Assembly (NCBI GenBank): GCA_030265395.1
Contig: JARFYF010000074.1
Span: 72,865,793-72,929,792, forward strand
Reading direction: 5' to 3'
DNA: 64,000 nt
Source: Rhina ancylostomus
Lineage: Eukaryota
Part shown: positions 38,703 through 51,735 of the stretch, piece after piece
How positions within the stretch are numbered: position 1 is the first letter of the stretch
Layout of the letters: each line of letters opens with the position of its first letter
The notes under the pieces: model-generated
Told to the model about the DNA's origin: nothing
Databases searched by the model: none
What the model saw: the letters and a program-made list of their open reading frames with translations, nothing else
Translations under genes and position numbers: made by a program

Positions 38703-41566
38703 CTATGTATAAAGTCACAGGAAGCAAATTGAACCAATTAATTAATAATGATCCAGAATTTCAATTTATGTTCAAGATTTTAAATAATTTGGAACAAATA
38801 AAATAACATTTAAAGTAATCATGAGTATAAATAATTAGCATACTACCTGATATTTATTTATGTACAAGATAAATGATTTAATTAATTGTAAATTATTTGA
38901 TGTTGCTAAATCATCTTACATTGTACACATTGCAGTCATCATCTCAGTTAATCAAGGTAAAAATTGAAATGAAATGCAGAAAATACAAGATTTACTCAGA
39001 TGGTCAACAGCATCTGTAGACTGATAATCTTCCATGAGAACTGGTTATTGACACGAAACATTAACTCCCTACAGGTATTGACAGATTTACTCAAGCTTCC
39101 TAACTTTTTTCCTGCTTGTCTTTCAGATTTCCAGCAATTGCAATATCTTGCTTTAGCTTCATTAGAAAACTTCATGCATGCTTACATTTATATTCTGGTA
39201 TAAAAACATTTAGAATTATGGTGCTACATGCTTTTTAAAGCTGCAAAATCTCCAATGATGTTACTCTTGGTAGTCCAGGAACTGCAACTGGTCTTTGGTA
39301 CTTACTGAGGTCAAGCAGTGCTTTAAATCCCAAGTTGTCAAACTGGCATCCAAGTTAGGAATGTACAACAATAAAAAAGTATTCTTTTTATGTTTTCATT
39401 CAACAGTAGAGTGGAGATTGGAGCTGGGGGAAGGGTTATATAAAAAACTTACAAAGTGGGAAACATCGAAGAAAAAGAAACTTGGAAAAAGCATTGGCTT
39501 ACTGATTTACTGATGTGTTTTACCATATGTCTGAGTCAAGGTCGGAGCATTAAAAGATTCAATTTTCACAAATATGTTGTATTATTAAATTCAAAGAAAG
39601 TAGTTTTGGTTTGCTTGCAAGTCTCCCTAAAGCATCAAGCCATTCTCCAACCAAGATAGTAACTTTGCAGTATATGGCCAAATTTTGTCTATGTTTTGCA
39701 TTTCCTTTCCCAAAGATTATTGTTCCCTCACAATTATTTATAGGATTATGAAATCTAATGTTCTTTCCTAATTCTCACACCGTGTTTGTTAGCTGGTTTG
39801 GGGTTGCACCGAGCAGTGGTTATTGACACCCATTTCCTTTGACTGTAATTGGGAAACATTTACTTCAGTGCTTGCAACCCTCCAATATTGTGCCCAAATA
39901 GCAAATCTTGCCTGAGAACTGTGATAGCAACTGCTGCCACACAGTTCAGTTATAGAAATTAGAACAGCCAGGCTCAGTCTTGTTTTCATCTTAAGCTCTC
40001 CCATACACACACACTTTGAAACTGAGGGTTAGTGGATAGTTATCAAAAGCTGGAACCCGAGTCGATTTTTCCCACACCAAAGACCCCTAAAAATCCCTGT
40101 AGCACCATAATATCTGAAATCCATGCAGACCCAGTTGAACCTAACAGCAAGAATATCAAGAACATCAGGAAACCTGATGAATTTTACATCACAAAAAACA
40201 ATGCCATATTTCTATACAGTTAAATGTTATGCCTGTGGCTACTAGACAGTCAGGAAAGCTGAAGATCTTTCTTTTGAAACAATTCTCAGCACATTAGCTA
40301 AGTGAAAGAGCTTTCCTATGTTCCAGTCAAACTGTTTCTAAGGAAGCATAGACATTCTGGACCTAGGTAAAAATGCAACAAGCAGAAATGGGGAAGTTAA
40401 GTCTCAGTCTATGTATGAGAATTAAAATGTAAAGTTTTTCATATTATGCCAGGTGTTGTACTATGGAGATGACAGCTTAAAGTATTTATTTTAAAAATTA
40501 TATATAAAGAAAACATATCAAGCATTGATAAAAATATCAATGCAAATTAATGCATTAGGGAATAGTAAAAAGGGTAGATTAGTTTTCCAATATTAACGGG
40601 ATGGCACCAAAAACACTGTGCAACCTGGAAAATTTTTAGTGTCCACCCTATCACAATCACGTTGTTCTCTACACTCTTCCGTCTCTGCAACTTAAAACAT
40701 ACTTGTTTTTTTCTCTACAAATTCGGATAAAGGTAAGAAAAGTTGTTACTTTATATAATTAATTGCTTTACTTTCAAGTTTTGATCTATTTCTAAGTATT
40801 TTAAGTATTTTTTTATATTATTGAAGCATTTTATTTTTTTCGTTGTCAGAGCATTTAAAAACTATTAAATCAATATTAAATCTTTGCAGAAGGAAANNNN
40901 NNNNNNNNNNNNNNNNNNNNNNNNNTTCCAGACTGTTTCATGTGGGTCTCCACAATCTGATGCCCATGACCGAGTTGCCATTTGGACCATGTTGCTAGAC
41001 CCCAAGGTCTGGAGGGCCAGTGAGTCAGGTTCTCTGGATCCGGCGTTGTGCATGTAGGCACGTGGGGAAACATGGGTAGCAGTTCTGTCCAGAATGGTTG
41101 TGTCAGCATGATCCAGCCCTGTATTTTTTCAGATACTCTATAGTACAAAAAGCTGGTCAAAGTGATAGGTTTTATAATTCACTTGACCTGATTCTGGTAT
41201 TTTTCTAAGGTTTTAACTGGGTTATCAAACACATGTTATGACAAATTAAAATAGAAGCTCAGATAATGTTCTAGGATCCTACAAATTTCAGGTTTGTTCC
41301 ATCCAGGTTGAATAAACAAAAACTGCCAAAAACGTTAGATTGCATCATCTTTGTGTACTTTCCAGGGTCCAGCTCAGAAAAACCTCCCTCCTATCTTAAC
41401 CTGGATAGGACATATGTCAGTCACAGAAGAAAACAATTCCAAAATATTAGAGGGAATTCAATTTATAGTGAAGTTAAACTGTTAGATAATCTACACAAAT
41501 GAGTTAGCGNNNNNNNNNNATACATCATTTATTTAAATCATTTGAATGAATGTGATCAAACACTAC

Positions 41567-41761
41567 CTGAAGATTAAGAAATGTGTTTAGCTGCAACATC
41601 CAGTTCCGCCACTGTTGAACAGCCACACCAACTCGTTTTCCACTTTCAACAGTAATTGATCCAAGAGGATAGTTTGTTGGTAACTGAATAACAAGCTCTA
41701 TGAATATGTCATCCACAGAATAGGTAGCTAGTACTTCTCGGGCAACAGGGCGAGCTTTCAC
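41567..41761 (-). CDS. LTN1: Listerin exon, RWD domain ([18 protein letters not shown]...[15 protein letters not shown])
   Basis: ORF track 41525..41761; 195 nt; CAG|GTAGTG donor. Confidence 0.97.
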
Positions 41762-42855
41762 CTAAAGGGAAACAAAAAATATTAGCAACTTGCTTCTACA
41801 TGTGCAATGTCAACCTCATATAAGTGAATCTGCCATATGAGGTAAGTGGTTAAAAGTCAAAAGGATAATTTTCCATCATTGTTGGCAACACTAAGCGGGA
41901 GTATAAGAGAAAGAATTTTCTCAGCTTTGTCAAACCAGTATCCTGAAATTTGGTGCTACTGACACATGAACAATATCAGTACATACCAGCTCAAAATGAT
42001 CTAAACAAAAAGCAAAGGACTCTGATGATGGCAAAAAGATTGTGGTAACACTTTCCAATATATGGTCTGTTGTTCTGATATTTGGTGCACTCTGGAACAG
42101 CATTCTGATATAGAGCCAGACACTGACATGTTTGAGAAGATGTCAACATCTAACATCCATATGACCAGAGCAGTCAGCATAGATTGCGACTGCATTAGTT
42201 TTAGGCGTAGACAACAGAAACAAAGCCTAAAAAACCACTGCAGCCTACACCTTGCTCACATTTTTTCAGCCCATTTAGAGGTTAACAATGATTAGTAGAA
42301 ATTGTAACAGAAAGCTACTCAGAGGGAATTAAAGATTCATGGTTGCTGTATCTTACCAAGATGTGAATTGCTGATTGAATAACTGAGTCTGCCTGAAAGA
42401 GTTGGGAAAATACACATTGCAATTGAAATCTACATTTGTCACATTTGCTGATAATTGCTCACCATAGGCTGTTGCCCATTGTAACTAAAGGAATAAACCT
42501 ACTGAGAATTCTAAAAAAGCTGTCAGTAGATAATAAGGAGTTTCATTGGAGATCTCTGTGAATTAATAATTTTTAAACTTTAGCAATCTTTTCATTTACT
42601 TCAAATAAAAATAATCAAGAAGTATGAGGCATCATCTGCAGCAATTCTTCCAACCCGAGTTCAAGCATAAGAATTTCTCTAGGTTTTTCTCTAACTGTAA
42701 TTAATACTGCAGGAAGTAAACATTTCTAGCTTTCTGGATGGAGAGTATTAAATTACATTATAGGGGAATGTACCCATTACAATTAGGAGAAGCAAAGAAC
42801 ACAAGTTTTCATGCAGCAGAACAAAATTCTGAGTACATCAAAAATGATCACTAAC

Positions 42856-43076
42856 CACCATACTCTTGAACATCTGTGTACTTGTTTGCACAGCTGCAAT
42901 TTCCTGTGAGGAAAGAATGTTGCTGACATATTTGCTGGTGTATTTATCCACTGTACTGGACACTCGCTTGTCTTGACTATTCCACCAAAGTCGAACTGTG
43001 GCTGGCAAGTCTTCCAATACACTATAATATACAGCACAAGCCAACTTGGGAATCTCTGTATGCAAAGCTTTTGTCT
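42856..43076 (-). CDS. LTN1: Listerin exon ([17 protein letters not shown]...[12 protein letters not shown]...QMFKSMV)
   Basis: Conserved DLPAxVRLWWN motif; 221 nt, phase 1 to 0. Confidence 0.96.
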
Positions 43077-43525
43077 CTAGAAGAAAATACAAGAACAAAT
43101 TCATTTGCATTTATTAAAATAGTCTTGGAAGTAAAATATCAAAATAACCATGGTTCAATTTATAGATTGGTAAAACTGATTCCTCAATATTTTAACAATG
43201 CTCATGAGAACACATACATAACCAAGTAGATTAAACGTGGTCATGACAACTGATGAAAGAATGCAATTTTAATGAAGAGTAATGCACCTCACTTCATGTG
43301 GAAAAACATGACTGTGTATATAAATAAATATATTTCCCCATTTACTGCTCTGCATCTTCAAGAATTATTAATTTCATGTTAACATTTTAAGGATTAGTTA
43401 ATGAAATCACTGGAGACAAATAATTTGCAATCTTTTAGAAAATTATAAAATAACCTCTCTCTTTCATTCAAGGTTGTTGCTGATTAAATGATTTAAATGT
43501 TTTCTATCTTCATTTTGTATTATAC

Positions 43526-43697
43526 CTTGAAGAAGAATGGCATGCTTCTCAGTGAACAGTGTGCGTAGCCCTTTGCTAGCAGAATCAGCAATCTGTCCAG
43601 GAAGAGTTGGATTTTCCGGCATCAATCTGAACAGATTTTGCAATAATTTATGTAAGCATTTACTATCACGGAGATATGGTGCATATATGGCCCGTAA
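43526..43697 (-). CDS. LTN1: Listerin exon (LRAIYAPYLRDSKCLHKLLQNLFRLMPENPT...ILLQ)
   Basis: Conserved LFRLMPENP; 172 nt, phase 0 to 1. Confidence 0.95.
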
Positions 43698-44115
43698 CTA
43701 GAAAATATAAGAATGGGTTATTCCTTAGGGATTTGCAAGCTTTTTCATCATTTTCCCTTATAAAAGTTAACTTCATGGTCTCCAACTTATTTTGTTTTCA
43801 TTGCAGCAAGCCTCCAGTTGATCCAATCATTTAACATGAAAATACAATGACATTTGGACAAAGTCAAGCCAACACTTATACAATTTTCAACGGAGTTCTA
43901 AGCATGGTGTGAATTTTCCCTCCAGATTATAATAAGCAAAAAGCCCAGCAATTTCTGGAAACATGACATTAAAATAGAAAGTGCTGGAAACACACAAGTT
44001 CGTCAGCAACAACAAGGAAACAATCATGTGATTTATAATAATACACAATAATAGTGTATTTATCAAACATAACAAGCATAATTTGCACTAAAGGCATTCC
44101 AATCCACATGTGTAC

Positions 44116-44302
44116 CTCAGATGGTGATGCCTTGAAAAATATGAGAAGCAATTTCCATGCAAGCAGGTATCCCAGGATACAATAGTAAGCTTCACTCAGT
44201 GGCTCAATATCTGTGTACTCCCCAACTGGAATGTTACTGAATATATTGTCCAAAACTTTCTCCTGAGCACTAATTACTGACATAAGTGCTGCAGGTGGTG
44301 AT
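44116..44302 (-). CDS. LTN1: Listerin exon (SPPAALMSVISAQEKVL...GYLLAWKLLLIFFKASPSE)
   Basis: Conserved SPPAALM and GYLLxWKL; 187 nt, phase 2 to 0. Confidence 0.96.
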
Positions 44303-44887
44303 CTGAAGGGCAAAAAAGAAAAGTGTTAAGATAATTGATGTAAAGTATTTGATACAACAAACTTATTATACAGCAAACATCATACAGCTGTTATTGATAA
44401 TACTTATAATAAATTCTGCACTAATTCTTGGTCAAAAACTTATACAAGAAGATTAAGAAGCTTTAATAATTGTCAGTTTAGTTACACATTGATATTTCAT
44501 TATTTTATACAACTAATATGAAATGAAAAGTCATTAGCAGTTTAAATCAATAAACCTAAAATATTAGTTTATTATAATTACAATATCACAAAAATAGAAA
44601 ATATCCTATTTTGTGTCTTTATACTATCCTTTACATTAATACAATGACTACTCAATGGTAACAATATACTATTCTGAATGAAGAAAAGTGTGTACTCCTA
44701 TGGAAGTTCAATTGCATTGCAGATGAAAACACGTGTCATGAGTAAAGTTTGAAGTAATTCAAAGTAGTTACAGGAGTTCAAGTTCTTTCTTTGTCTATTA
44801 TATGGATTCCAAATAATGAAATATATTTAGGAGGTCAAAAATTCTCTGTAAAATAAGTTAGACAAAATTCTTTAGATCATTACTTAC

Positions 44888-44968
44888 AAACCATGTTCTT
44901 CATCACTTCCACTGTCATCATAAGATTTCAGATGTTCAATATCAAAAGCAGGCAGCTCTGGCATTAAC
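44888..44968 (-). CDS. LTN1: Listerin exon (LMPELPAFDIEHLKSYDDSGSDEEHG)
   Basis: Matches LMPELPQYDQDNLKSY; 81 nt, phase 2 to 2; GTAAGT donor. Confidence 0.94.
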
Positions 44969-45859
44969 CTGAAATTTAATAATTAGAAGCAAATTGGTCC
45001 AACATGTTTTACTTTTGATTATATTACTAAAATGTATCATCTAATTTACAGTGCAAAAAGCATTATCATCTTGGATTTGGAATTAAAACTGGCAAATGTA
45101 CAGTGCCAAATATTACAAATATTTTTATATGGCCAAATTTTGTTTAAAAATTACTTTTCTTTCCTAAAACATAACATCAGACAGTTCATCCATGAAATAA
45201 TTACTATCCACATCACACTGGCATCTCAATACATGGAATGGTATGGGATAATTCCACTCAGCCTTGAGATCACCCAAAATGAATTCTTAGTGTGGCTGAC
45301 AGAGGGTGACCTCAGCAGAAAAAAGATGGAAAATGACAATGGTTCAAAAGGCCATGCAGACTCAACCACAATTTGTAGTGATTATTACACAGAAGGGAAG
45401 ACAGTAATTTCTTCCCTTCTGCCCTACGTGCCTATAATTCATTCAGCATTTGTGGTGCCTCAGCTTTGAAACAATGAGATTTTTGGAATTACTTGAAATG
45501 TAAAATGTTTGAATTATTTATTTGTGTTTTATATTCTGCATATAAAAAAGATGTACCAACATGGGCAGAAACTTTCTTCCAGACATCACACTCAACATGT
45601 TTTCCATCAGATCTTCTCAGTCTAGTTGAGCTGGAGGCTAGGACTTTCAGTTTTACACTGCACCCAAGTGATAGCAGGGATGGTTATTAATAAATATTTT
45701 AAGAATAGCCCACCTCTTATCACTGTCTGGATTATTTTTCCAGTTTTAATGCTGCACTGAGTTAGCTGCAAAAGTGGCACAGTGGGTAAAAATTAATGTT
45801 TCATTCTTGTTCTCTTTTCATCTTGTCGAACTACAGGGCTATTAGTTTTTTAAAATTCA

Positions 45860-46190
45860 TTTTCAGAATTTAGGCATCACTGGCAAGGCTCGTTTGGGAA
45901 GGTGGTGGTGAGCTGCCTTTTTGCACCACTGCAGTCCTTCTGGTGAAAGTTTTCCATGATGCTGCTGGAGAGGGCATTCTAGACCCAGCAACAATTAAAT
46001 ACCAGCACATATTTCTAAGGCAGGATGATGCACTACTCAAGAGGGAACCTGTAGATATTAGTGTTTCCATGTGCCCTTATTCTTCCTAGTTGGGAGTGTT
46101 TGCATTTTGGGTGCTGCGGTAATGGTCTAGGTGAGTAATTGCAGTGCAACTTGTAGATGGTACACACTGCAACCACTTTAACTTTAAGCA
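45860..46190 (-). mobile_element. LINE 3' end (same family as 19570-21135)
   Basis: ggtggtggtgagctgcc...ctgcagtccttctggtgaaag...gtagatggtacacactgc. Confidence 0.75.
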
Positions 46191-46290
46191 NNNNNNNNNN
46201 NNNNNNNNNNNNNNNNNNNNNNNNNNNNNNNNNNNNNNNNNNNNNNNNNNNNNNNNNNNNNNNNNNNNNNNNNNNNNNNNNNNNNNNNNN

Positions 46291-46305
46291 ACGCTCTTCC
46301 GATCT
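46291..46305 (+). other. Illumina adapter remnant (assembly artefact)
   Basis: ACGCTCTTCCGATCT is the 3' end of the TruSeq Read 1 primer and lies directly at a contig edge after a 100-N gap. Confidence 0.9.
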
Positions 46306-47408
46306 CAATCTGAAAATCATATATAAAAAGTGTTGATCTGTTTTTCAGAGCCATTAACTGTTATACTTGTGTCAATATTTTTACTGTGCATTGATCTATA
46401 ACTGCACTATGCTGTCTTTCTGCCAGTCTTGCTGAAAACACAAACTATTAATAGCTCAAGAATGATTAAGGGAATCACTTCTCTTTAGTTTCAGGAAAGG
46501 AGAAAGACAAACAGGAGCAATGGTAGCCCAGTAATCCAGCAAGGCCCTGGATGCATGTGATACATTTGTTCAGTAACATTAAGGATATCCGTGTGTGCCC
46601 CTTAAAAAGCTAGAAATTTAAAGTCCTAACCAGGCCAGTGTTTATTCTGAAAGTGACAATATCATGTTGTATCATAAAATGTTAAAATACCCAATTACAA
46701 TGTAGTAGCATATGGTAAAATCAAATTTGAGCTGACTAGTAAATATTTGAAGTTATTCAACAGTGCCAGATTTGGAACTGCATTTCTTGTTCCTGGACAG
46801 AAGAAAAACATTTTTGAGAATAAGTGGAAAATGCCAAAATTTCCCACAGAGTTCCTAATCTTAAATGGACTTTCTAAATAGGTACAGAATGACAGAAGAC
46901 TCTTCCCTAATGTGAGGGGAAAAAAAATCAAAGTGTCAATCTGTAGCATTCTTGAACACATCCCAACAATGATCCAGGAATAAACTGCTTGAGCATAAAA
47001 TGGCATGCAAGGAGAACACAATCTCAAATCAAGATTCCAGAAGATTAGGAGAGCTCTTCTAATTCTTCTAAACATGTCATTTCAATTTAATTAGCAAACT
47101 GGAAACTCAATTGAAATAGATTCTATTTGTGCCAGCAGGTACACTGTTTCATTACTGGAATAAACACTTTTTCTTGTTTGCAGTATTGAGATTAAATACC
47201 GATTGTAAACATATGCAGAAATAATTTATCATTTTCACCACGTGACAGTAATCTGATTTAGTGGATACATACTTACTACAGAAATCACCTGATTTTACTA
47301 AATGAAATTGGCAGGTTTTTTTTAAAGAAATAAGGTACTCAGCCTGTTCCACTGCAAAAGATGAAAATTTTTCACAATTCCTATGTTTAATATTGTTCAT
47401 TTTCTTAC

Positions 47409-47646
47409 TTGTATAACATATGATAGGCTGTGATTTGCACAGGCCTAGCCTTGGACAGTAGCAATGGTGCCAATGTGTTCATAATTGACTGAAGTTCATC
47501 AGGTAAATTAGTCTTCTGACCAGCAATAAATTTAGCTGGTAGATTGTGATTCATCAGCTGCTTCAGTGGAATCAGTGCAGAAGCTTCACCTAAGGCTGTT
47601 AGCAGGTGTACTGAGGTCGGAAGAAGAATAGTTCCTTTGAATTCAG
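47409..47646 (-). CDS. LTN1: Listerin exon (ESKGTILL...[46 protein letters not shown])
   Basis: Conserved [14 protein letters not shown] and ARPVQI; 238 nt, phase 1 to 2. Confidence 0.95.
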
Positions 47647-50229
47647 CTGTAAAGAAAACAAAAAAAATAGTCTGGGAAAGTGGACCATATTAATTGAAGT
47701 AAAACAACAAAACTGGAAATGCTCAGCAGGTCAGGCCGTGTCTGTGTAGAGTGAAAACTACAGATTTGACCAAAGTGTTCCATTCTTGAATAGGAGAATT
47801 ATTTTGAAAAAAATGCTGATCATTCTTCAGTTCATGTGATGGTACTTATTGCTGATTTTCTGTTTCTTCTTAATGGAAAGCATAGAGTTTCACTGACAGC
47901 CATACTCAGCTTTCTCTTCTTAAAATAAGTAAGTATTTGTGTTTGGTTAAATTGTTAGCATTTGGTCTTGGTTTACACAAACAATAAACATCAAGTTATT
48001 GGTTTTAAAATCATTTACAATTTACTGTGCAAAGCATTGTGTAGTCAAAAATAAATGAGATTTTGAAAAAAAAACATTCTGAAGAAACAATTTAGGGATA
48101 ACATCTGCAATTTTCAATTCAAATTGTACAATTATCAAGCTTATATCTTATGTTCAATCCAACTAGTCTAGCAAATTTAGCATTTTAGTTATAAATAATA
48201 AAGAAATGAGAGGAATTTTTGCTATCCATTCAGTTAATTCCTCTTGCAATTTTTCGAAGTCAGTGTTGCAATTATTTCTGTCCTTACTGTGCATCTTTGT
48301 ATCAATTATCTATTTCCAAAGTGAAACTCTTAAACTATCACAATACAACTGAAAACCATGGTGGTTGTACAGTGCAAAATTAATCTTCTGTTATTTTCAA
48401 TCTAACATGTCCAAGATGTCCCAGAATCCACGGAATTAAGATTTCATTAAACCTATTCTGTGGAATGTGCTTTTTTATGTTATTGCTGATGAAGCACTAA
48501 TATTAAGTAAAAGATTTACACTATATCCATAAGATACAGTGGCTTCCAACAAATCTTATACTACTTCCATTACTATGCTCATTTTTACAAACAACAGGGC
48601 ATTGGCACAGTAACTGCTCACAGCACTTAAGGAAGGGAATAATGTATCGTTCCCATGAGAGGATAATTATGCATACAACCAATAGAGTTAGGACTTGTAC
48701 TCTAAGGTATGCATAACTGTTAGCAGATTCCAGTAATTGAAAAAAAATGTTGGGAAATTAGAAAACAGATTAATTACAACCACTGGCTATACTTTAATTT
48801 TTTCTTCAATTAAAACCTGCCTAACTCTTTCTTGATCATCAAATCAAGGTTTTGCAGCATTTGTTGTGATTTTTGCCATATATTAACCACCTCCAGGGGA
48901 AAAAATGCACAGCTTGCTGGGAGATTCCAAACTGTTGTATTGGTTTCCAAATCAAGAACAAAGCAGCTTCAGAATATATTATCTGCTCTTTTAATTACAG
49001 AGCAAACTTGAACTCTATTGCATTTATAATGCAATGGTTTAAGTTTATAAACCTTTTGAATTTTCTTCCTATGTTGGCTCTTAAAATCTCTGCAATTTTC
49101 ATTATAAAGTATGGGTATAACAACATTGGAATTATAGTACAAAAACACTCCACTTGATCCAATTAGTCCATGGCAGCCTTTACCCTATAAGCAAGTAAAT
49201 AGTTTGAGTCATATTTACCTAACTTGTTCCCATAACCCTTCATTGCCCTTTCCTTCATCCTCTGACAAGATAGTTGAGGATGAGAACATACTAGACTACT
49301 AATTCAGAAACTTCGACTAACAATCCAGAGATTCAAGTTCAAACATAGTTGTTGAATATAAATTCAGTTAATAATTTGAAAAATTTAGTCTTGACAATGA
49401 CAACAAACCTACCAGATTGTTGAAAAATAAATCTGGTTTACCAATGCCTATCGGTTGTAGCAAAACCACACCATTAAGAGAGAAAGAATAAATCAGATGA
49501 ATCATACATCCTTGACAGCAACCAAATGTAAATATGGCTAAGTTGTTCTCTGACTGGTTGCTCTTTGCAAAGTCTTCCTCACAAGCATCTGGTGACCAGT
49601 CTTTGGATTACAGGATCTCAAGCACAGAATAGCCAAGACTGACCTCATTCTGCTTGCAGAATCACGCCTTACCAACAACCTGTCTCCTCCATCACAATCC
49701 CTGAGTATATCCTATTCCATCAGTACTGCAATCAGTACAGTAATATATAGGCAAGGAGGAGTAGAATCATAAAGTTGTACAGCACAGAAACTGGCCCTCT
49801 GAACTTGTGTCTATCTGCACTGATCACATTTCCCAGCATTAGATCCATTCCTTGCCTTTTAAATGCTTATCAAAAGGTCTCGTAAATATAGTATCAGACT
49901 CATTTTACTTCAGACTTCCAGAATCTACAATTTTATAATTTTTGCCCTTTTCCATTTATTCCAGGTGATATCAAGGAACAGCTGAGAGCACTGGATGCAG
50001 CGAAGGCTCTGGAATCATACAACATAAAGGCCAAAGTAATGAAAATGTGCTCCAGAACTAGCCTACAGACAGGCTGTTCTGTTACAGATAAAATACTAGC
50101 ATCTGCCAAAAGAGCTGAATTAAAAGACAAAATGAGAGTCATATTTTGTTACAACATAGGAGGCTACTCAGCACAACCATCAGTCTCATCCCCCTATTTA
50201 TCTCCTTGTAACCTATTCTCTCCTTGAAA

Positions 50230-51230
50230 CTAGAACCCCCAGGAGAAATTGACACCATTGCAGGGAGAATGTGCAAACTCCACACATAGAAGTTTGAATC
50301 GGTGACTGGAGCTGTAAGGCAGTAGTAGGACCTGAGGTGCCTCTGTGCCTCCTAACGGCTAACTGTCCTTGACATTAAGGTAAGCTTTGACTGTCTGTGA
50401 GAACAAGGAGCCCTAGTAAAACTGAAGACAATGGACATCCTGAAGAAAACACTCCAATGGCTGGAATCATACCTTTCCAGAAAGATGGCTTTGGCTCTTG
50501 GACATTAACCATCCAAGTCCCAGGACATCACTGCTGGAGTTACTCAGTGCTGAGTCCTTGGCCCAACCACCTTCAGGTGTTTTAAAAACCTTCTCTCCAT
50601 CATGTGGTCAGAAGCAGGGATCTGCTTGCACAATGTTCAATTCCATTTGTAATTTCTCAGCAAATGATGCAGTCCTCGCTTGTATGCAACATTCAGGATT
50701 GATAAGTGGTAAGGAACATTCACACAACAAAAGTGTCATGTAATGGTCATCTCCATCAAGCGAGAGTCTACTCACCCAATTTTAACATTCAAAGGCAGCA
50801 GCTTAGAGCTTAGCTGAGTACCCCTCCACTGACATCCTGGAGATCATTGTTGGCCAAACTCAACAGAACTTGCCAGACAAATATAGTGACTGCTTGGTAT
50901 CCCATCCAACATTCTAAACTTTAATTCCTTCCACTGATGCACAGTAACTACATTGTATACCATCCATAAAAAAGACTGTAGTTACTCATCTAAGCTACTC
51001 CGAAAGTACCTCACAACCAGTGACCTCTACCAGGAGGAAGAGGAGGACAGCAGGTGCAAGGGAACACTACCTCCTGAATGTTCCCCTCCAAGTTACATAC
51101 TAACTTCATTTTGAAATTGCATCATTCTGTTCCGTCATCATATTGGGTCTAAATCATGGAACTCCGATTCAGATAGGAGTATCTTCACTAAATGCCCATA
51201 ACCAGAAAAATGAATACATAAAATAAAAAA
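50230..51230 (+). mobile_element. Antisense HE1-like SINE piece (~50230-50350) followed by decayed LINE 3' region
   Basis: cagggagaatgtgcaaactccacaca; LINE tail gggaacactacctcc...ttcccctccaag...gggtctaaatcatggaactcc. Confidence 0.65.
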
Positions 51231-51349
51231 CGCAAAGGCCCAATGCTTTGCAGGTATTTTATTTTTCTTGATGCTCCCTTTCTAGCCACAATGCCATTTT
51301 CCAGCCAATAAACTGGACAGGTAACTGATTTACAACCATCCACTATGGC

Positions 51350-51735
51350 TAGTTTCACTGGTCACTGGCAGTAATGCAAAAGAGATAAAGTAACTTGGTT
51401 CCTCTGCAGGTATCAATATCCTAGCCACTCCTTTTGACGTGTTTTTAAATCATGGATCCACCAGCAGTCTTAGTTAGACTCAAAAGAACCTGCATCCATC
51501 TGTAGATCAGGAGGACACTGGCCAATATTTATCCTGGTGCTTTGACCTTCACTGATCCATCAATTATCATCCATTAAAACAGATTAATTTGTCATTTATC
51601 TTCTTTTTTTCTTGGACCTTTTGAGGAAGTTGGCTACCAAATTTCGCAAATTACAATTACCAAACTTCAAAAAATATTTCATTAGCTGTAAAGCACTTTA
51701 CAGCCAACCAAGGTGAGCATGGCACTACACAAAAG
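51350..51735 (+). mobile_element. DeuSINE/SacSINE1-like relic
   Basis: ctggccaatatttatcc...aaaacagatt...ttggctacc...acttcaaaaaatatttcattagctgtaaagcacttt resembles the Deu domain/tail; a similar relic lies at ~35400-35580. Confidence 0.55.
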
